In this document: positions 8,710 through 21,319 of the stretch, in pieces
How positions within the stretch are numbered: position 1 is the stretch's first letter
Layout: each line of letters begins with the position of its first letter
Source: Octopus sinensis
Lineage: Eukaryota
Length of the DNA: 64,000 bases
NCBI RefSeq assembly: GCF_006345805.1
Contig: NC_043010.1
Coordinates: forward strand, 63,550,001-63,614,000
Direction: 5' to 3'
The notes under the pieces: model-generated
What the model was told of the DNA's origin: nothing
The model's database searches: none
What the model saw: the letters and a program-made list of their open reading frames with translations, nothing else
Program-made: the position numbers and the translations under genes

Positions 8710-11700
8710 ACCATTATAATCCCAATCCACTCTTGTAAAAAACTCTCTTATTATTCCAACCTTTTTTTCCTATTTAAACAAAAAGAAACTCTATTCTTTA
8801 TTTTTTTTTTTTTGGTGACCTTAATTCGTGATCTCCATTCAATCTCCCTCTCTTTAACATCTTAACTTATTCCAATTTATCCCAACTCGTTTGTTTGTTT
8901 TAATCCTAACATTACCAGCATCGACCTTCTTATTTCCTCTCTACTCTGTTTATATATATATACATACATCGTTTTTGTCTAATAATGCTCGTTGTTTAGC
9001 CCTTGGTCAACCCTGATTGTGAGACCTACATACACACATCTTTCTCTCTATATATATATACACGCACACACTGGATGACCTTGTCCAGTATATACTTTTT
9101 AATTTAAAACGGTAGCCTTCTATGTGATTGAGTATGAGGCTGCAGTTTCTAGCAGATCAGCCGGACTTATTTCCAGGCAGAGTATCTTGAACTTCATTAT
9201 CCAGTCTTCTGCTTTGTTTAAGACGGTTGGATTTGTTTTGAGTGAGATTAGGTTGTCATTTCTAACAGATCAAGCGACCACTGAGAAGCCTCTTCCGCTT
9301 TCGAACCGTAATTAACGATGTAAATATTTTAAAAATCTGTTGTTAAATACAGAACGGAGTAAGGATGATTACACCCTTAAATTTTTTCTTAATTTTTTTT
9401 TCTATACATCTAAAACATCCTCAAGAAACTAATGATTTTCTTTAAAAAGTTTCTATTTATTTATATTCGAAATTTCGAAAGTAGACGAAATTCTAATTCG
9501 GGACAGCGGAAATGTGTCAGAACAATGCGACTATATATATTGCCTTAAAGTTATCTAGTGCTCATTATTTATTTTGTGGGAGAATTTACTAGAATTATCA
9601 TCATTACTATGTCGTACAAAACATCCCGAAATCATGTTAAATGATGTTGAAATATTTTTTCCACTTGTCCCAGCCATTTTGTATCGTTTCTCTTGGCTTC
9701 GCTTTGTCTGCAAGTGATACGAGTTGCCTCCCCTCGGCCTCTTTGAAAGTTAACAAGGACGTCTCTATGTGGTTGCTTGGTGTGCTAGAAATAGCAGCCA
9801 AATCTCCCTCAGATTACACCTACAATAACTAATATACACCTACATTAGCTAATATACTCGTAAAAAAAACAAAAACAGTCTGATCGTGTTGCAGTACTTC
9901 TGATCATAGCTCAGCTCTGTCAAGCTCATCAGGAGACGATCAACAATTTCGGAAGTTAACATAGAAACTGGTAGGACGATACTATTCTGTAGTTCCGCGT
10001 AATTTCTTTTCCGCTTTCACCTTCCCATTTTCCCTCCTTTATTTACTTTATTTACTGAGTTACCTCCCCTCGTTCTTTTTTATTCTGTCTTTTGTCATCT
10101 ATTTTCCGTATTCTACGCAAGATCTTTCGTTTTATTTTGCTCCCTTATCATCACTAATCCACCAAACTTACTATAATTACTATTATTAAAGCATTCTAAA
10201 CCATGACCGAAATGTCCCTTTTATGTTTGTAGAAGTACTTGGTTCAATATGTCTTTTCTTTTTTTGAGACAAAAAAAATGTTATTTCCAGTTGGTGAAGC
10301 GACCACAAATTGCTCTTCACGTTATTTCAATTAAAGTTCACATTTTGGATGCCTTTATATGAATATCGCCCTTTCTATGCGCCTTCTGTCCAACAGTCAG
10401 CTTCACTTCCTTGCTGTCAGAAATTTGTTACATGACTGATAGTCCACTGGTCCGTTGTGGTGTGTTCATAACTAAGGATGCGATTAAAAGAATCTTCATT
10501 TCGGTTTAACTGCAAGTTCTAGTGTTGTAAACTCCGTTGTATCTCCAATGTTTTTCTCATACATTATCAGATTCACTCTGCAAAATTTTGACGATGATAG
10601 TAAAAATTTCCAACTTTCCTCCTAATTCCAAAGATGTGAATCCTTTAGCCTCCATTCTGTCACTGAGTTCGTTTATCAAGTCTTTCTTTAAACTGATTCA
10701 AGGTTATAGAAGTTTATATTTCTAGATGGGTTTTATACGGGGCTAACTTGTTCCACAGATAGGGCCTACCAGTTAGTATATCAAGATATTAGTTTTGGTC
10801 ATGCTTTTTCTGAGGGTCTTCCTAAACTTGTGTAAGATTTTATTTTTTACTGTTGACAAATGTGTAAATATAAAAACTGATATTGTAAGATACGGCGATG
10901 GCAACGTATTGAAATTAGCTAAGTGTGGCTAGTTTCATGTTTCGAATATAGCTAGCCATGTTCTAGGAGGTCAATTGTCACCCACTAGATATTACGTTGA
11001 GTGTTATTTGTTCAAGTTCATTCTCCTTGTGTTGGTAGTTATTTTCTGAACCATTATATCTGTGTGAGGAGCGAAAAATCATCCGGTCAAGCTATGGAAT
11101 ATCTGTCTGTTACTTATAGACGTGTACTATTCATTATACCATCACATAGTACTGTTGAAGTAGTTTTAGGCGGTTTAAAGTTTTTAGTCATGGTTTGTAT
11201 TTTTTCGCTCTTGTCACAATAGACAAAACCAAAATAAAAAAAACAATGGGCTAAAAACTTGCTGAACATTAATAAGTTTTAGAATCCCTTTTAATATATT
11301 TATTGTTCATATTTACGAAAACGGGCAGGCGTTTAGGCCATGACAAAAGAAAAACAAACAATGGAAGTTTTAATTTATAATATTTGTAGATCAGTAAGAA
11401 TCAAGCGAATTTGCCAAGGGACCAGGGACTTGTTAGCGAAGGAATACAAATCCTTTCAAGTTCAACTTGTCACTAAACCTGTAGGGATGTCGTTGTTTAA
11501 CTTTAGCCGTCACCTCCTATCATTTTAGAGACATTTAGGGCTACATTATTTAAATTCGTTTTTTGCTAACAGTAAGGTGTGATTAGATGAAAATTTGGCT
11601 GTTATTTCTAGCTGACCGGACAACTACATAGAAGCTTCGTTAATTTCCAGTTCCGGCCAGGCTGTGCTCGCCTCCCTCGCCTCCCTTCCTCCTGCTAGGG

Positions 11701-12419
11701 AGTTGTCTCCCCTTGGTTTTTTAAATGACAATGAAGTTCGAATAATTAATTCGCACTTTTCAAATCCACCCCCGTTATATTGGTTTTGGCTTTTGTTTCG
11801 TTCAGTTTTTACTCGTTATTAGCATTGTATACTATAGAATGCCAAAGTTTGATCGAGCATCTACGATCTGTTGCCTCTTTAAATGTATAACTGAAAAGTT
11901 GTGGGACAGAAGTCTTTCCTCGAATTTTGTCCCATAACTTTTATTGTTTTCAAAGGATGTCCTCCGATATAACTATATAATTATTTATTTCTAATCGATA
12001 TTAAAGTTCGTATTTATTTGTTTTTCAACCATTTCGTTCAGTTTACAAGATAATTTTGCTGCATAAAAATACTGTAGTTTGACCATTACAGAAATGGATC
12101 ATTTTATATACAATAACAAAGAAAAAATATTTTGCATAAATATATTTAGTCTATGTACACACGAGTTTCAAAGACATCAGCAAAACTTGATTAGAATCAG
12201 ATTATGACTAACAATAAACGGAGTAATTATATATAAACCACCGGCTTTTTACATCTCCCCTGCAGCTCCGAGCCAACAGCGAAGGCTCCATGCTAGAAAT
12301 AGCAGAGAAATTCTCTCAAATCCCCACCACCCACTATCACTTCGATTACTTGTTGGACAACAACAAGTAATCGAAGCTGTGCTGGGGCTTTACTCCTCGT
12401 CCATTTATACATTTTGTAC

Positions 12420-13303
12420 ACATGGGCCGTGACCGCTGAGGATATGCGTAAGCTCGCAAGAAATGAAGCCAGTATGCTCCGATGGATGTGTAATGTCAGT
12501 GTTCATACTCGACAGAGTGTAAGTACCTTGAGAGAAAAGTTGGACCTAAGAAGCATCAGTTGTGGTGTGCAAGAGAGACGTTTGCGCTGATATGGTCATG
12601 TGGCGAGAATGGACGAAGATAGTTGTGTGAAAAAGTGGAAGAGGTAGACCCAGGAAAACCTGGGACGAGGTGGTGAAGCACGACCTTCGAACTTTAGGTC
12701 TCACTGAGGAAATGACTAGAGACCGAGACCTTTGGAAGTATGCTGTGCGTTAGAAGACCCAGCAGGACAAGTGAGACCATAACCCGTGGGCTCTACCTGG
12801 GATGTAGCCAGTCCACTTATGCATACCTTTCCTTCTTGGGACACAAAGCTCTACTTGCAAAGACCTGTTGAGGCAAGTGAAAATCAAAATCAAAATCGAT
12901 CAACATCAATGGAAATTGTAGCTGTGGTACCAGTGCCGGTGGCACATAAGAGAACCATCCGAACGTGGCCGTTGCCAGTGCCGCCCCGACTGGCCTCCCT
13001 ACTGGTGGCATGTAAAAAGCACCATCCGATCGTGGCTGTTGCCAGCCTCGCCTGGCTTCTGTGCCGGTGGCACGTAAAAAGCACCATCCAATCGTGGCCG
13101 TTTGCCAGCCTCGTCTGGCACCTGTGCCGGTGGTGTGTAAAAAGCAGCCACTACACTCATGGAGTGGTTGGCGTTAGGAAGGGCATCTAGCCGTAGAAAC
13201 ATTGCCAGATCAGACTAGGCCTGGAGCAGCCTTCTGGCTTCTCAGACCCCAGTTGAACCGTCCAACCCATGCTAGCATGGAAAGCGGACGCTAAACGATG
13301 ATG
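12420..13303 (+). mobile_element. RTE-clade LINE 3' portion (ORF end, 3' UTR with ~60-bp tandem units, GAT tail)
   Basis: RNEASMLRWMCNV...YGHVARMDE...RGRPRKTWDEVVKHDL, with stops and a deletion; ends taaacgatgatg. Confidence 0.88.
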
Positions 13304-13784
13304 TACAATTTCTCCATTATATATACATATATATATATATAATATACACACGTGTGTGAGAACTTGCTTGATCTGATCAAGTGAAATAACTGCTCTTGTA
13401 TTAACATGTAAGTGGCTGAGCATTCCACAGGCATGCGTATCATTAATATAATTATATCAACGCTTGTACTTCACTGGTACTCTATTTGATGGACTCTGGA
13501 ACGAGGAGAGGCATTTGAAACCAGAACTTAGAGGGTTGCTAGTAAATACCATGAGGTATTTTGTCCGACACGTTCTACCATTCATGTAAAAGCAATAAGT
13601 TTTATCTTTGGCTCAAAGCTTTGGATTTTCAAGAAGGGCTGCAGTTGATTTATCCAACCTCTTAGCATATGCTCCATATTATTTTATTGACTCCTGCCAG
13701 ATAAAAGACAAAGCTGACACCCAACTTGATTTCAACCCAGAACGTGAAGGGATGTGGTCTTGTCTTTTGGAACAAGGCTCCACA

Positions 13785-14150
13785 TTTTTACTACCCACAA
13801 GGGGCTAAACATAGAGAAGACAAACGGATTAAGTCGATTATATTGACCCCAGTGCGTAACTGGTACTTAATTTATTAACCCCGAAAGGGTGAAAGGCAAA
13901 GTTGACCTCGGCAGAATTTGAACCCAGAATGTAACGGCAGGAAAAAAAAACCTATTTCTTTATTATCCACGTAGAGGTGACAAACAAGGACAGACATAGG
14001 TATTAAGTCGATTACATCGACCCCAGTGCGTAGCTGGTACTTATTTAATCGATCCCGAAAGGATGAAAGGCAAAGTCGACCTCGACGGCATTTGAACTCG
14101 CAACGTAACGGCACGCAAAATACCGCTAAACATTTCACCCGGCGTGCTAC
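13785..14150 (-). mobile_element. SINE family C, two tandem copies (one partial)
   Basis: Reverse complement of the 5583-5813 consensus, present twice. Confidence 0.8.
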
Positions 14151-14506
14151 AAAAGATTATTTGATGTTTGAGGTTTATTCCATCCCCCCACTCCAGTGAT
14201 ATCATCATCTTCATTCTCATTTTAACATCCACTTTTTTTCTTGCTTGCATGGGTCATAACGGAATATATCAAGGCAGGTTTTTCTGCAGCTGGATGTCCT
14301 TCCTGTCACCAACCCTCACCTGTTTACCAGCAAAGTAATATTTCCCCCCATGGCCAGACAGGGTCTTCATGGAAGATTGGAAACAAACAACATTGCATTG
14401 CTCATTTACACCCATCTGGTGATGTTTACACAAGAGTACATACACATACACACACACACACACATATATGTATATATATATACACACATACATATCCACA
14501 CACACA

Positions 14507-14723
14507 TACCTTGTGGTGCTAAAAAGTTCCTGGCTTTGGGTAAAAAAAAATACAGGATCAGTTAATTATGATTTTATTTAACATATTCCCCTCTCAGGTT
14601 CACACACTTATTGTAGCGGAACTTCAGTTTTTCTAAGCCCTGTAAAAGAACTTGGAAGGATGGGCCTTCAACCAGGCCTTTCACAATAACCCTTAAAGCC
14701 AGGAACTTTTCAGCATCCCCTTA
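14507..14723. mobile_element. Tc1/mariner-type MITE
   Basis: TIRs ggtgctaaaaagttcctggcttt / aaagccaggaactttttcagcatc, with TA near both ends. Confidence 0.75.
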
Positions 14724-15295
14724 AATCCTTAAAAATGTTTTAGCGCAAAGGCCGCGGCCATGCTGGGGCACCACCACTGTATATTAATTCTATGCCATTT
14801 CTCAAAGGTGTAGAAATTAACAGATTTTTTTTTTCCCCCCACATAAATGGAAAAACACCAAACAAAAGAAAATAGAATGAACGGTGTTCGTACTTTTCTT
14901 ACCAGTTTACAGACTAGCACAGTTTTTCTATATAGGCCATTACGTATACCATTTACAGATAAGATAGGTGTTTGATAGGAGTGATGCGGAGGACATTGCT
15001 CAAGAACACAGACTAAAATTATAAAAAAAATCTATTGTCCGATCTACAGCTAAAACTGGTCTGGCAGTTTGGAGGTCAAGAAAAGTAAAAAGAATAAGAG
15101 GGATAAGTACAGGAAGTAGATACTTTAATGGTGACGGCGGTGGTAGTCGTGGTGGGGGGGGGTAGAGGTGTGTGTGTGTGTTGTAACTAATAAATAGTTT
15201 TAAAATATTACTTCCTGGTATAGATATGTTATCTTCACTAGATAAAAGAACTTAAAATAATGATTTGGTGGAACTACACCAGCTGTTATTGTTGT

Positions 15296-15515
15296 TTTGT
15301 TACTGTATTTCTGTTGAGATGCTCTGTGTTTCTTTCAGTTATTTTAAATATAACAAAGAATTTAGTAAATTAACTTAGTTATCATTCAGCTAGTGTTAGG
15401 AACATAAATTGTGACTAAGGTTTGGTGGAAGATGTTAATTCAAAACTTATGAAAACAAGACATTTATACTCAGAGCCGGAGCCGGTTTCAGCCGGGTTGG
15501 TAACGAAAGGGTTAA
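15296..15515 (-). mobile_element. piggyBac-like MITE family 1 (one terminus eroded)
   Basis: Reverse complement of 6358-6586; ends AAAGGG-TTAA. Confidence 0.8.
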
Positions 15516-15516
15516 A

Positions 15517-15900
15517 GGTGGCGAGCCAGCAGAATCGTCAGCACACCGGGCGAAATGCTTAGCAGTATTTCGTCTGCCGTTACGTTCTGAGTTCAAATTC
15601 CGCCGAGGTCGACTTTGCCTTTCATCCTTTCGGGGTCAATTAAATAAGTACCAGTTATGCACTGGGGTTGATATAATCGACTTATTCAGTTTCTCTGTCC
15701 TTGTTTGTCCTCTCTGTGTGTAGCCCATTGTGGGTAGTAAAGAAATGGGTATTTCGTCTGTCTTTATGTTCTGAGTTCAAATTCGTCTGATGTCGACTTT
15801 GCAATTCATCCTTTCAGGGTCAATGAAACACTGGGGTCAATGAAACACTGGGTCAATGTAATCAACTAGTCCCCCCACCTGCTAAATTTCAGGCCTTGTG
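15517..15900 (+). mobile_element. SINE family C plus partial tandem duplicate
   Basis: Matches the 5583 copy. Confidence 0.8.
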
Positions 15901-16181
15901 GCCCCTTAATAAAAGGGATTATTGTTAACAACAGTGATAATGGTTACAGCAATATTCAAATGTTTTATGATCTGAGTTCAATTTTTGCTAGGGTTGACTT
16001 CACTTTCCATCCTTTGTGATCAATACTGGGGTATAGGTATTAAAATGCCACCCCAACCCCATCTCAAAATTATTGACCTTCCCAGGTTCAGTTCCACTGG
16101 GGGTGGGGAGCACTTTGGCCAGGTGTGTTCTACTATTGCCTCGGCCAACCAAAGCTTTGTGAGTCAATTTGGTAGACAGAA

Positions 16182-16225
<44 letters not shown>

Positions 16226-16503
16226 CCCCCCTCTCTCTCTTTCGGAGAGGCACTGAGCAGCTATACGCACACATATACACACGGCAGTAACTTCCACCTA
16301 CCGAATTCAATCACAAAGCTTCGGTCGACTCGGGGCTATAGCGGAAGACACCTACCCAAAGTGCCACGCAGTGGGACTGAACCCGAAACCATGTAGCTAG
16401 GAAGCAAGCTCCTTAACCACTATTATATATATATGAGAGAGAGAGAAATAATACATTTCTAAATCTCTCGGAGAGATTTATACAGTAGTAACATGATAAA
16501 GTA

Positions 16504-16642
16504 GTGGTATGTTGTCAACCTAATGTGACATTCCCATGAAAGGGAAGAATGCTACTGCTATTTAGTGGTGTTTCCTAGGGCTAAATAGCAGTAGCATTCT
16601 TCCCTTTCATGGGACTGTCACATTAAGTTCACAACATACCAC
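16504..16642. repeat. 62-bp-arm inverted repeat (59/62 paired, 15-nt loop)
   Basis: 16504-16565 is the reverse complement of 16581-16642. Confidence 0.92.
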
Positions 16643-16665
16643 CATTTATATATATATTGTATTTA

Positions 16666-16689
16666 TTTTTCTCTTTGTGTCTTTTTCAG
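16666..16689 (+). promoter_or_regulatory. 3' splice acceptor of the ZNF coding exon
   Basis: tttttctctttgtgtctttttCAG|ATTTG. Confidence 0.6.
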
Positions 16690-17083
16690 ATTTGTGAATG
16701 AAGGTTCCCTCCAGAGGAAGATTCCTGAATTGGACTGATATTATCAGCCTCTGGCCTCATGAATGGAATCACCGTTTACAGCACCACACACACACACACC
16801 AACACATCCAGCATTGTGTCATTCATAGATGCTGTGTGTAACCCTGGCTTCGAATGCAAAAGCTGAAATTCTTTGTATTTTATATATATTTTTCGTTTAT
16901 TGGAAAACGAGATCAAACCGGTTCAAAGACATGAACCAAATGTGTTTTTGATGATTTTAATTAAAACAAAACTATTTCAAAAGGTCGTTAACTAAACAAA
17001 AGCAAGGCCTTCCCATTTGCTCCTTCTCTGTCTTTCTCTCTCCTTTCTGTTCCCCACCACCACCACCACCACCACCACACAAT

Positions 17084-18541
17084 ATGTCTTCTGCTCCAAA
17101 CCGCCTTATAAAATATTCTACTGAAAACTCTTTACCCATAGAATATACCAGAAAACTTCAGTATGCTGTTAACCAGGGCCCACTGCCCTCGGCCATTGCA
17201 GCATTGTCACAGGCCAACAATGTATCGACACAGCCAATTGCAGCGACATCAGCAACGGCAGCAGTTGTGTCGACCCCAGCAGTAGCATCACCACCCCCTC
17301 CACAGCCACCACCACCACCATCCCCAGCAACAACAGTAGCAACAACTAGCACTTCGATTATTCCTCGTATATCCACCCTGAACGACAAACCTTTCTATGG
17401 GGGCATTTATAACAACCAGTTGTCCAGTTATTACTTACAGCCCCATGGAATGCTGCCTAATGTTGCCCCACCACAGAAGCTTGTCCCGAACTGTTATCTG
17501 CCGCAGGGCCACGACAAACAGTTGAGCACCAACGACAACAAGGTCCACCAAGGGGTCAACAGTCTCCCTAAATACCAATCAATGCCAGTCATTCAGAAAG
17601 CTGATACGCCAGTCAAGTCATTTCATTGTGGCAGTTGTGAAAAGAGCTTTGCCAGGAGAAGTGCATTGCAGCTGCACCAGAGACTGCACACGGGCGAGAA
17701 ACTGTTCCATTGCACGTTTTGTGCCAAAAAGTTTGTTCACCGAGACAAATTACAAATCCACGAACGAATTCACACAGGGGAGAAACCGTTCCATTGTGAG
17801 ATCTGCACGAAACAGTTTTCTAGGAAGGACAAGTTAAAGATTCACATGAGCTCCCACACGGGTGAGAGGCCTTACCATTGCAACTACTGCCCAAAACAGT
17901 TTGTCCTGAAAGACAAACTACAGATCCACGAACGGACCCATACTGGGGAGAAGCCGTTTATGTGTGAAATCTGTTTGAAGAAGTTTGCACGAAGCGATCG
18001 TTTGAAAATCCATCGAAGGACCCACACGGGGGAGAAGCCCTACCACTGTGACCTCTGCCCCAAACAGTTTGTCCAGAGATGTTACTTAAAGATTCATCGT
18101 AGAATTCACACGGGGGAGAAGCCATTCCAGTGTGATGTCTGCCAGAAGGACTTTGCACGCAAGGATAAGTTACAGATTCACATGCGGACGCACACGGGCG
18201 ACAAACCTTTTGATTGCGACATGTGCTCTGAGCAGTTCACGCGTAAAGTGCAGCTGCAGGCACATAAGAAACACGTGCATGCAGTTATGAGCAAATTGTT
18301 CTGCTGCGAGGTGTGCATGCTGCAGTTTAGCGAACGGGATGAATTGCAGATCCATCAGACGACACACGCCGGCCTCATGTCATTCCAGTGCGATGTGTGC
18401 AACAAGGAATGCGCAACAATGAGTAGCTTGGAGAGCCACAAAAGGACACACGAGGTATTTATGAAGCCCACACTGTGCAAAAACATCAAGGAATACAGCC
18501 CAGGGAACCTTTTGTGGGGCCCAGTCCATCCTCAAACATAA
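17084..18541 (+). CDS. C2H2 zinc-finger protein, 485 aa, 10 fingers, Ala/Pro/Thr-rich N-terminus
   Basis: Uninterrupted ORF with 10 CxxC-x12-H-x3/4-H units and TGEKP linkers; A at -3 of the ATG. Confidence 0.95.
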   Translation: MSSAPNRLIKYSTENSLPIEYTRKLQYAVNQGPLPSAIAALSQANNVSTQPIAATSATAAVVSTPAVASPPPPQPPPPPSPATTVATTSTSIIPRISTLNDKPFYGGIYNNQLSSYYLQPHGMLPNVAPPQKLVPNCYLPQGHDKQLSTNDNKVHQGVNSLPKYQSMPVIQKADTPVKSFHCGSCEKSFARRSALQLHQRLHTGEKLFHCTFCAKKFVHRDKLQIHERIHTGEKPFHCEICTKQFSRKDKLKIHMSSHTGERPYHCNYCPKQFVLKDKLQIHERTHTGEKPFMCEICLKKFARSDRLKIHRRTHTGEKPYHCDLCPKQFVQRCYLKIHRRIHTGEKPFQCDVCQKDFARKDKLQIHMRTHTGDKPFDCDMCSEQFTRKVQLQAHKKHVHAVMSKLFCCEVCMLQFSERDELQIHQTTHAGLMSFQCDVCNKECATMSSLESHKRTHEVFMKPTLCKNIKEYSPGNLLWGPVHPQT

Positions 18542-18789
18542 ACTCCATTCATGTACAACTGCAGTATGCCCCCACCCCACCCCCCAGTATAAATCTCTGT
18601 CCCTTTCTTTCTCCTGTCCCCTCCAACACAACATGTTTGTATACATATATATATCAACATACATGTACATATGTGTTCTCACCTAAATATATATATCTGT
18701 ATACATGTGCACATAAACACTCTGAAATATTTACATATGTTATTCACACAATTATGATGCATAGAATTATATTAACATATATACATTCA

Positions 18790-19677
18790 CAAATACAAAC
18801 TTTGACATATATATGTGTGTGTGTAAATGTGTGCATAAATATATATATGTATATATGTATATGTATGTATGTATATGTATGTATGCATGTATATATGTAT
18901 GTATATATGTATGCATGTATATATGTATGTATGTATGTATGCATGTATATATGTATGTATGCATGTATATATGTATGTATGCATGTATATATGTATGTAT
19001 GTATGTATGTATGCATGTATATATGTATGTATGTATGCATGTATATATGTATGTATGTATGTATGCATGTATATATGTATGTATGTATGCATGTATATAT
19101 GTATGTATGCATGTATATATGTATGAATGTATGTATGTATGCATGTATATATGTATGTATGCATGTATATATGTATGTATGCATGTATATATGTATGTAT
19201 GCATGTATGTATGCATGTATATATGTATGTATGCATGTATATATGTATGTATATATGTATGCATGTATATATGTATGTATGCATGTATATATGTATGTAT
19301 GCATGTATATATGTATGTATGCATGTATGTATGCATGTATGTATATATGTATGCATGTATGTATGCATGTATGTATATATGTATGTATATATGTATGCAT
19401 GTATGTATGCATGTATGTCTGTATGTATGCATGTATATATGTATGTATGTATGCATGTATATATGTATGTATGCATGTATGTTTGTATGCATGTATGAAT
19501 GTATGCATGTATATATGTATATATGTATGAATGTATGTATGCATGTATGTATGTATGCATGTATATATGTATGCATGTATGTATGCATGCATGTATGTAC
19601 GTATGTATGTATGTATATATATATATATGCATATGTATGTATGCACACATATATATACATATATATATATATGTGTA
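18790..19677. repeat. (ATGT)n/(ATGC)n compound satellite with ~20-bp higher-order unit gcatgtatatatgtatgtat
   Basis: Direct reading; source of the long spurious MYVC ORFs. Confidence 0.95.
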
Positions 19678-20573
19678 TACGTGGTCTGCTCAATAATTAT
19701 CTGGGTTGTTGTCATAGTAACGAAGCTGAGGCATGCAGATTGTAGCCATTTGGCAAAGATTGACCTTAAACTTTACTGTGCATGTGCACTGTTTTAACAC
19801 TTTAGCTCCCTTCTGCTTTCTACAGCAGTACTTAGAAGGAAGGTGTGTAGCGTGTGATTGTTGCATTGACCATGACAGAGGAAGTTGGGCAGAGAATTTG
19901 CATGAAATTTTGCCAAAAGCTTGGTGATACCTGTTCAGACGTCTATGGAAAATTTTCAAAAAGTTATCATCATTCATGACACAATCAAAGAGATTTTGTG
20001 CCACAGAATCCCAATTGTCTCTTTGGTCAGCTCAAAGCAGTTTTGGCACGAATTTGGCGGACATGCGTCTCATACGCAAATCTTCAGTGATAATGGACTA
20101 AACTGAGCCATAACAAATCTGCACATCTTCTGATAACTCACAGATGGTGATCCAACAGTTTCCCTTTGCAGCTGCACACACATCTGCGATGTCTTCCTCA
20201 GTTTTGCCGGTTGCTGGTCTCCCAGAACATTCAACAGTAGTGACACATTTTTGGCCATCTTCGAAATGTCTGAACCGCTTGTACACTTCTGTGCGACTCC
20301 CATTCTCCTCCATTTACATTTTCTGCAAGCTTGCATAGGCCTCTGAGCAGGTATTACCATTACGTCTTACTCTGTCATGGTCAATGCGATGATTACACGC
20401 TACACACCTTCCTTCTAAGCATTGCTGTAAACAAAGGCAGTGAGGTAGAACACTGAAATTAGTGTGCATGTACGGCAGAGTTCTGGGTCAATCTTTTCCA
20501 AGCAGCTTCACTATATGTCCTATAGCCTCGTTACTATGGCAACAGTCCGGATACTTATTAATCAGACCTAGTT
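19678..20573. mobile_element. Non-autonomous mariner derivative with long inverted ends
   Basis: ~50-bp TIRs; minus-strand remnant FRHFEDG...SGRP...ITICELSEDVQI...EDLRMRRMSAKFVPKLL (mariner HTH region and WVP-like motif). Confidence 0.88.
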
Positions 20574-20587
20574 TATATATATGTATG

Positions 20588-20629
<42 letters not shown>

Positions 20630-20642
20630 TATACGTATACAT

Positions 20643-20686
<44 letters not shown>

Positions 20687-20699
20687 TATACGTATACAT

Positions 20700-20746
<47 letters not shown>

Positions 20747-20805
20747 ATGCATATATATATATATACACATACATGCATATATGTGTATATATATATATAT
20801 GCATA

Positions 20806-20838
<33 letters not shown>

Positions 20839-20954
20839 GTATCCACATATATATATATGTGTGTATATATATATATATGTATATATATATGTGTGTATAT
20901 ATGTATGCATATATATATGTGTGTGTATATATGTATGCATATATATATATATAT

Positions 20955-21090
20955 ATCATCATCATTTAGCATCTGCTTTCCATGCTTGCATGGGTTGGAC
21001 GGTTCAACTGGGGTTTGGAAGGCCAGAAGGCTGCACCAGGCCCAGTCTGATCTGGCAATGTTTCTACAGCTGGATGCCCTTCCTAATGCC
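20955..21090 (-). mobile_element. RTE 3' end fragment
   Basis: Reverse complement of the (GAT)n-tailed family. Confidence 0.8.
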
Positions 21091-21319
21091 ATGTATGCAT
21101 ATATATATGTATATGTATGCATATATATATGTATGTGTATGTATATAGATGTATATGTATATGTACCCTTCTCTACACATGTAATCTAGCGTAATCCTTT
21201 TTCCTACACACACTATCAAGCTTCACACTTCTGCTATACATCTATACACACGCACATCTACATGGTACTTCATCTCTCTCATTCCCCTTCTCTCTATATA
21301 TATACATATGCGTCATTGT

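Noticed and set aside
18475-19797. Several ~290-350-aa ORFs (MYVCM.../HTYIH...)
   Set aside because: Open in many frames on both strands only because the ATGT/ATGC satellite has no stops
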